Origin: Flavobacterium sp.
Lineage (GTDB): Bacteria > Bacteroidota > Bacteroidia > Flavobacteriales > Flavobacteriaceae
Length of the DNA: 51,357 bases
Assembly (NCBI GenBank): GCA_044373885.1
Contig: JBIPNF010000001.1
Span: 1-51,357 of the forward strand
Direction of reading: 5' to 3'
Positions 45,163 through 51,357 of the stretch are shown here, piece after piece. The notes beneath the pieces were generated by a model. It saw nothing but the letters and a program-made list of their open reading frames with translations. It did no database searches and was not told where the DNA came from. Each line of letters starts with the position of its first letter. Position 1 is the first letter of the stretch. Made by a program: the position numbers and the translations under genes.

Positions 45163-48100
45163 ATGAAAGAAAACTTACTCGTTTTAATTTGCACATTTGT
45201 GTTTGTTACTTCTGGACTTTCTCAAGAAAAGGTAGAACAAAATTCTAAACTTGCTACTAAAATAGAAGGGAGCAAAGTTGTTTCTAAGAAAACGAAAACT
45301 TTAAAACCAGACAAAAAGACTAAAGAATTAAGAAAGAAATTAGCTTATTTTCAAGAACACAGTCCATTTAAAAAGACCATTCAATTATCAAAAGAGGAAA
45401 GAAAAGAAAATGGACTTCCACCAAATAAATATTATGAAAGCGAGTGGGAACTAACGATGAGTCCTATATTAGGAAGACCTACACCTGAAAATATAGAGAT
45501 TGTTAGAGAAAATCTTAAACGCGAAAGACAAAGATTGCTATCTACAGGAAGAGTTCCTGGGGATGCAGTTGATAATAGTTGGGTGGAAAGAGGACCAACA
45601 AATGTAGGCGGTAGAACCCGTGCAATTATGTTTGACCCTAATGACGCAACACGTGAAACAGTTATTGCTGGTGGAGTTAGTGGTGGTTTATGGAAAAACA
45701 CCGCTATTTCAAATTCGAATTCTCAGTGGACAAGGGTTAACATTCCAGAAAATCTAAATGTTTCATGTATCACTTTCGACCCCAACAATTCTAATATTTT
45801 CTATGTTGGAACAGGAGAATCTTATACAGGCGGGGCTGTTGGTGGCGATGGTGTTTGGAAATCAACTAATAGAGGTGTAACTTGGACAAAAGTTTTTGGA
45901 GGAGTTTCGGGAGCTACAACATTTCAATCGGCCGCAAATGTTACTATTAATAGTCCGATTGGATTAGCGGGTAACTATCCATGTTTTCCAAATTCCTCTT
46001 TTGGACCAGCGATTACAAATCCAATTACAGGGAATATTGTGCTAGTTACAGATGGTTTATCCGTTCCAACTTCACTTGGATGCAGTGCCTTGACGAATTC
46101 GAGTGAGCTAAGTAACAAAATAGCTTTAGTGAGAAGAGGAAGTTGTAATTTTTCTGTAAAAGTTGCAAATGCTCAAGCTGCTGGAGCCATTGCAGTAATA
46201 GTTATGAATAATGTTATAGGACCACCAGGTGCAATGGGTGGAACTGATGCAACAATTGCAATACCATCTGTGATGATTTCTCGCGAAGATGGAAATTTAT
46301 TAGAAGCAGCTTTAGCAACAGGAATTGTAAATGGAAGTTTAAATCCAAGGACTGTAGGTGTGCTTTCAGGCAATATTGTTCCAGGAATTCAGTTTATTAA
46401 TAAAATTGCTATAAGAAATAATGGCGGAAATTCAGAAATATTTATTGCAGCCGCTGATTCTTATTATGGTTCTTCAAATGCGACTACTTATATTGGCTCA
46501 GATTCATATGGCATTTATAAATCGAGTGATGGAGGACTAAATTGGACTTTATTAACGCTTCCTCTTACTGCAAACGGAAATAAGCATTGTCCAAATGATA
46601 TAGAAATTGGTACAGATAATAAAATTTGGGTTTCAACAACTGAAAGTTTTGCGCATTCAGACGGTGGAGGAAAAGTATTCAGTTCCACAGATGGAGGAGC
46701 AACATTCGTTGATAAATATACCGTTACAGGAAATGGAGGAGGAGCAAGAGTGGAAATTGAAGCATCAGGTACAAATGCTAATACTATTTATGTATTATCC
46801 CAATTAAATCAAGCAACTGCAACTGACGCCGTTGAGGTTAAAATTATAAAAACTACCGATGGATTCGCAACATCAACTGTAACTGCTTTGCCTGTTGGAA
46901 ATGAGACTAGGGAAACAACTTTCGGTTTTACAGGTGCTCAGGCCTTTTATAATTTAATGATAGAGGCTGATCCAACGAATGATCAAATTGTGTATGTTGG
47001 AGGAATTGATTTATACAGATCTGCAAATGGATGTACAACTTGGACCACAATTTCAAATTGGACAACAAATGTTCATTCTGATCAACACGCAATGACATTC
47101 AAGCCAGGAAGCCCTAATAGCGCTATTTTTGGAAACGATGGGGGTGTCTATTATGCTGGAAATTTAGCAACTGCAACTAGTAATTCAGGAATTACCTCAA
47201 GAAATAATGGGTTCAATGTAACTCAATTCTATAGTTTAGGTGTAGCACCAACAATCACAGTCAGCGGATTAACAAATGACTACTTTGTTGCTGGCGCACA
47301 AGATAATGGCTCTCAATATTTTGCGGGAGCTATTGCCGGAGCAAGTTCAAGTAGTAAAGTACAAGGAGGAGATGGGGCTTTTTCAATGTTTGACCAAGGA
47401 GCAGATAAATACTACATTACAAATTATGTATACAACCAAAGTATTTATTACAGACCTATCGGCGGTACCGCAAGAGAATTTAATAACGAAACTACTTCAA
47501 ATGGCGCATTTATATGCCCAATGGCCTTAGATTCTAATAAAGATATTTTATTTTCTGATTATACCATTCCAGCGTCTGGTGCAACCGCAACCGTATACGG
47601 AATTAGAAGATATGCAAATTTAAAAACGACGAATGTTGTTAAAGCAACTATTACAAATGCACTTTTTACGAATTCTCCAACGGCATTAACAGTATCTAAA
47701 TATAATACTGCTACAACAACTTTATTAGCGGGTTTTAAAAACGGAAAAGTATTGTTATCTACAAATGCAAATACTACTGTAAGCACTTCTGTAACTTGGA
47801 CGGATATAACGAGTCCTGATTTCGTTGGGAGTGTTTCAGATGTTGAATTTGGCAATACAGAAAATGATATTTTTGTTACTTTCCATAATTATAACGTCGT
47901 AAGTATTTGGTATAGTGCAGACAGAGGAGTAACTTGGCAAAACAAAGAAGGAAATTTCCCTGATATTCCTGTTAAATGTATTTTGCAAAACCCTATTTTA
48001 AATAAATCAAATGAAGTTATTATCGGAACTGAATTGGGTGTGTGGTTTACAAGTTCTTTTAATACTGCATCACCAGTTTGGTATCAATCGTTCAATGGAA

Positions 48101-48471
48101 TGAGTAATGTTAAAGTTACTGATTTAGATTTAAGAAATGACAACGCCGTTTATGCAGCTACTTATGGAAGAGGCGTTTTCTCTGGTGTTTTCACAGCTGC
48201 AACATTGGCAAACGAAGATTTTTCTAATTCAAAAGGAGTTTCTATTTATCCAAATCCTTCAAATGGAAGATTTAATATCAACATCAATCAGTTTAGCGGA
48301 AAAGTAAATATCCAAGTGGTAGATTTGAACGGAAGAGAAGTTTATACTGCTAAAAACGAACTATTTAATTCTGAAAAAGCAATAGATTTACAAATGTTAG
48401 AAGCTGGAATTTACGTACTTAGAATTTCTGGGGAAAATTTAAATTACTCTCAAAAAATTATTAAGAACTAG
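45163..48471 (+). CDS. T9SS type A cargo: BNR/sortilin-like beta-propeller protein with inserted PA domain
   Basis: Signal peptide followed by Gln; WVERGPTNVGGRTRA; Asp-box repeats (SSDGGLNW, STDGGATF, SADRGVTW); PA domain KIALVRRGSCNFSVKVANAQAAGA; CTD SIYPNPSNG..GIYVLRI..KIIKN. Confidence 0.85.
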   Translation: MKENLLVLICTFVFVTSGLSQEKVEQNSKLATKIEGSKVVSKKTKTLKPDKKTKELRKKLAYFQEHSPFKKTIQLSKEERKENGLPPNKYYESEWELTMSPILGRPTPENIEIVRENLKRERQRLLSTGRVPGDAVDNSWVERGPTNVGGRTRAIMFDPNDATRETVIAGGVSGGLWKNTAISNSNSQWTRVNIPENLNVSCITFDPNNSNIFYVGTGESYTGGAVGGDGVWKSTNRGVTWTKVFGGVSGATTFQSAANVTINSPIGLAGNYPCFPNSSFGPAITNPITGNIVLVTDGLSVPTSLGCSALTNSSELSNKIALVRRGSCNFSVKVANAQAAGAIAVIVMNNVIGPPGAMGGTDATIAIPSVMISREDGNLLEAALATGIVNGSLNPRTVGVLSGNIVPGIQFINKIAIRNNGGNSEIFIAAADSYYGSSNATTYIGSDSYGIYKSSDGGLNWTLLTLPLTANGNKHCPNDIEIGTDNKIWVSTTESFAHSDGGGKVFSSTDGGATFVDKYTVTGNGGGARVEIEASGTNANTIYVLSQLNQATATDAVEVKIIKTTDGFATSTVTALPVGNETRETTFGFTGAQAFYNLMIEADPTNDQIVYVGGIDLYRSANGCTTWTTISNWTTNVHSDQHAMTFKPGSPNSAIFGNDGGVYYAGNLATATSNSGITSRNNGFNVTQFYSLGVAPTITVSGLTNDYFVAGAQDNGSQYFAGAIAGASSSSKVQGGDGAFSMFDQGADKYYITNYVYNQSIYYRPIGGTAREFNNETTSNGAFICPMALDSNKDILFSDYTIPASGATATVYGIRRYANLKTTNVVKATITNALFTNSPTALTVSKYNTATTTLLAGFKNGKVLLSTNANTTVSTSVTWTDITSPDFVGSVSDVEFGNTENDIFVTFHNYNVVSIWYSADRGVTWQNKEGNFPDIPVKCILQNPILNKSNEVIIGTELGVWFTSSFNTASPVWYQSFNGMSNVKVTDLDLRNDNAVYAATYGRGVFSGVFTAATLANEDFSNSKGVSIYPNPSNGRFNININQFSGKVNIQVVDLNGREVYTAKNELFNSEKAIDLQMLEAGIYVLRISGENLNYSQKIIKN

Positions 48472-48491
48472 GTATTTATTAGAATAGCGAC

Positions 48492-48526
48492 AAAAAATCC
48501 AATTATTTAGATGGTTGGGTTTTTTT
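48492..48526. terminator. Probable bidirectional terminator
   Basis: AAAAAATCCAATTAT..ATGGTTGGGTTTTTT hairpin with G-U pairs, between convergent genes. Confidence 0.6.
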
Positions 48527-50302
48527 TTATGATAAAATTGACATCAAACTTTCAACGTCTATTTTACAATATTTTTGTAATTCTTCGACCGTTCCGTGTT
48601 CAATAAATTCATCGGGGATTCCTAAATTTAGTATTGGTTTTGGATATTTATTTTGTGATGCAAATTCAAGAATGGCACTTCCAAAACCACCTTTGATTAC
48701 GCCATCTTCAATGGTAATTATTTTTTCAAATTCATTGAAAATCGTATGTAATTCCTTTTCATCTAATGGCTTAACAAATGCAAAATCATAGTGCGCAATT
48801 GTATCAGAATTATTTATTTTAGCTAAGGCCAATGTAACATTATTCCCTATTGCACCATTCGATAAAACAGCGGTAATCGTTCCTTCTTTCAAATAATTAG
48901 CTTTCCCAATTTCAATTTTTTTGTATGTCCCGAACCGTCGGGATTGCCAATCTACAATTTCCCCACGACCTCTTGGATAGCGAATCGCAATTGGATTATT
49001 CAAAACCAATTGAGCGGTATATAAAATATTTCGTAGCGCTATTTCATTCATTGGTGCATACACAATCATATTGGGAATGCAGCGCAAATACGCCAAATCA
49101 AAAACCCCGTGATGCGTAGCGCCATCTTCGCCAACCAATCCTGCTCTATCTAAACAGAAAATAACGGGAAGGTTTTGCAAAGCCACATCATGAATTACTT
49201 GGTCATACGCCCGTTGCAAAAAAGTTGAGTAAATATTGCAAAAAACAATCATTCCTTGCGTAGCCATTCCTGCCGCCAATGTAACGGCGTGTTGTTCGGC
49301 GATTCCAACGTCAAAAGCGCGTTTTGGAAATACATCCATCATAAATTTTAAGGAACTTCCTGATGGCATTGCGGGTGTAATTCCAATTATTTTTTCATTT
49401 GATTTTGCCAAATCTAAAACCGTTAATCCAAAAACATCTTGGTATTTTGGTGGCAAATGCTGTTCCAGTTTAGGAATGATATCGCCTGTAATTTTATCAA
49501 ATTTTCCGGGTGCGTGGTATTGCACTTGGTTGTCTTCGGCTTGTTGTAATCCTTTCCCTTTTGTGGTAATGATGTGAAGAAATTTTGGGCCTTTTATTTT
49601 TTGTAATCGTTTTAATTCTTTGAGAATTGCAAAAATATCGTGTCCATCAATAGGTCCAGAATAATCAAAATTCAAGGACTTAATCATGTTGTTTTGCCTT
49701 GGGTTTTTGCCTTCTTTTACAGCAGTCAAATAGTTTTTCAAAGCACCAACACTAGGATCAATTCCAATGGCATTATCGTTGAGAATTACCAATAAATTAG
49801 CATCGGTAACACCTGCGTGATTCAATCCTTCAAACGCCATTCCCGATGCAATTGATGCGTCACCAATTACAGCAATGTGTTGTTTGTTGAAATCCCCTTT
49901 TAAATTGGATGCAATTGCCATTCCTAACGCTGCCGATATGGAAGTCGAAGAATGTCCAACGCCAAAAGTATCGAAATTGCTTTCGCTTCGTTTTGGAAAT
50001 CCAGAAATACCATTAAGTTGTCGGTTGGTATGAAAATTCTCTCGTCTCCCTGTAAGAATTTTATGCCCATAGGCTTGATGTCCAACATCCCAAACTAATA
50101 AATCATTTGGAGTATCAAAGATATAATGCAAAGCGATTGTGAGTTCTACAACACCCAAACTTGCACCCAAATGCCCCTCTTTTACGGCTACAATATCAAT
50201 AATAAAATCACGCAATTCTTGAGCCAATTGAGGAAGTTGGTTTTCATCAAGGAGCCGTAAATCAGATGGAGAATTTATATGTTGAAGTAAGTTGCTTTTC
50301 AT
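48527..50302 (-). CDS. dxs: 1-deoxy-D-xylulose-5-phosphate synthase
   Basis: GHLGASLGVVELT, WDVGHQAYGHK, TPP motif GDASIASG..NDN, DVGIAEQHAV, FLQRAYDQ and DRAGLVGEDGATH. Confidence 0.96.
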   Translation of the reverse strand: MKSNLLQHINSPSDLRLLDENQLPQLAQELRDFIIDIVAVKEGHLGASLGVVELTIALHYIFDTPNDLLVWDVGHQAYGHKILTGRRENFHTNRQLNGISGFPKRSESNFDTFGVGHSSTSISAALGMAIASNLKGDFNKQHIAVIGDASIASGMAFEGLNHAGVTDANLLVILNDNAIGIDPSVGALKNYLTAVKEGKNPRQNNMIKSLNFDYSGPIDGHDIFAILKELKRLQKIKGPKFLHIITTKGKGLQQAEDNQVQYHAPGKFDKITGDIIPKLEQHLPPKYQDVFGLTVLDLAKSNEKIIGITPAMPSGSSLKFMMDVFPKRAFDVGIAEQHAVTLAAGMATQGMIVFCNIYSTFLQRAYDQVIHDVALQNLPVIFCLDRAGLVGEDGATHHGVFDLAYLRCIPNMIVYAPMNEIALRNILYTAQLVLNNPIAIRYPRGRGEIVDWQSRRFGTYKKIEIGKANYLKEGTITAVLSNGAIGNNVTLALAKINNSDTIAHYDFAFVKPLDEKELHTIFNEFEKIITIEDGVIKGGFGSAILEFASQNKYPKPILNLGIPDEFIEHGTVEELQKYCKIDVESLMSILS

Positions 50303-50402
50303 TATAGTTTAAAAAACAAATTTACGGTTTTAAATTGAAATGTTTTTGGTTTAATTCTGTATCAAAAAATGTTCTTAATTTAAAGATGAGGCGAATAAAG
50401 TT

Positions 50403-50443
50403 GTTAATCGCCTCAAAAATTCACTATATTTGAGGCGATTAAC
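50403..50443. promoter_or_regulatory. Perfect 15-bp inverted repeat spanning the fic promoter (candidate operator)
   Basis: GTTAATCGCCTCAAA-N11-TTTGAGGCGATTAAC. The -7 box TATATTTG at 50425-50432 overlaps it, and an extra half-site TGAGGCGAATAA lies at 50387-50398. Confidence 0.7.
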
Positions 50444-50459
50444 GTTTTTAAATAGCTCA

Positions 50460-51357
50460 ATGAAATACAACTGGCAACTAACTGATTGGCCAAAATTCAC
50501 ATTTGATGATTCTGTAATAGATTCGTTGTGTATGGATTTTGCTTTAGAAACAGGAGAATTAAAAGGACTTGTTGATTCTTTATCGACTGATATTCAGCAA
50601 GAAACTATTTTGCAATTTATGATTTCCGAGGCTATTAAAACTTCAGAAATAGAGGGTGAATTTTTTAGTCGACAAGATGTAATGTCTTCAATCAAGAAAA
50701 ATTTAGGCATTGTTGATTTTGGTCAAATCAGAGACAAAAATGCACAAAGAATTGGAAACTTGATGGTAACGGTTCGAAATTCGTATTCTGAAAAACTTAC
50801 TGAAATAGGAATAAAGAAATGGCATTCTTTGCTCATGGAGTATTCCAAGCTTGTCAATCCTGGTGTATATAGAACTGGGAATGAGCCGATTAAAATTGTT
50901 TCAGGATCTTTTAGCAAAGAAATTATCCATTTTGAAGCACCGCCATCCAGCCAAGTTCCAATTGAGATGAAAGAATTTATTAAATGGTATAATGCTTTTG
51001 AAATAAAAGCAACCGATATTAAAAATGCATTGATAAAAACTTCGATTTCACATTTGTATTTTGAAAGTATTCATCCTTTTGAAGATGGAAATGGAAGAAT
51101 TGGGAGGGCTATTGCCGAAAAATGTCTTTCGGAATGCTTGAATAGACCTATTTTAATGAGCATTTCAAGTACAATTGAAGAAAACAAAAAACGATATTAC
51201 CAATCGTTAAAACAAGCCCAAAGAACACTAGAAATTACAGATTGGATTCTTTATTTTTCAACATTGATTTTAGAATCTCAAAAAAATGCCAAACAAACGG
51301 TACTTTTCACATTGAACAAAACTAAATTTATAGACCAATTCAAAAACCTGATGAATG
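50460..51357 (+). CDS. Fic family protein with DUF4172-like N-terminus (3' end beyond window; absent from the ORF track)
   Basis: Manual translation starts MKYNWQLTDWPKFTF and contains the inhibitory motif TSEIEG and an in-frame catalytic HPFEDGNGRIGR at 51072. Confidence 0.92.
   Translation, partial: MKYNWQLTDWPKFTFDDSVIDSLCMDFALETGELKGLVDSLSTDIQQETILQFMISEAIKTSEIEGEFFSRQDVMSSIKKNLGIVDFGQIRDKNAQRIGNLMVTVRNSYSEKLTEIGIKKWHSLLMEYSKLVNPGVYRTGNEPIKIVSGSFSKEIIHFEAPPSSQVPIEMKEFIKWYNAFEIKATDIKNALIKTSISHLYFESIHPFEDGNGRIGRAIAEKCLSECLNRPILMSISSTIEENKKRYYQSLKQAQRTLEITDWILYFSTLILESQKNAKQTVLFTLNKTKFIDQFKNLMN

Overview
This is an AT-rich chromosomal window from a Flavobacterium-like member of the Bacteroidota. 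The assignment rests on TAnnTTTG -7 promoter boxes, three type IX secretion system (T9SS) cargo genes and signal peptides followed by Gln. Most of the window is housekeeping backbone: GH92, an amidohydrolase, tRNA-Ile2(CAT), mce, rbfA, a LolC/E-type permease, dusB, lepA, umuC/umuD, feoAB, SCO, an M13 peptidase, an M28 peptidase, ssb, a CAT-like acetyltransferase, a HAD hydrolase, metG, dgt and dxs. Accessory-looking genes include a ~9.5 kb T9SS adhesin-like gene next to the tRNA, followed by a tiny PID-CTERM-like membrane peptide. Others are a type B T9SS repeat protein, an ORF6N gene, a MORN/TPR gene and a Fic gene cut off by the window end. Two genes are missing from the ORF track: a 40-aa FeoB-associated Cys-rich peptide and the partial Fic gene. 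The intergenic DNA holds several families of small palindromic repeats, including three covarying Flavo-1-like elements. The best leads are (i) helically phased ACAA(A/C)C repeats between divergent promoters for a tail-less SSB and a transcription unit containing a basic Zn-finger protein, (ii) the giant T9SS cargo plus PID-CTERM micro-protein pair, and (iii) a perfect 15-bp inverted repeat over the Fic promoter. No CRISPR array, integrase, transposase or rRNA was seen. All family assignments come from motif recognition, not from database searches.
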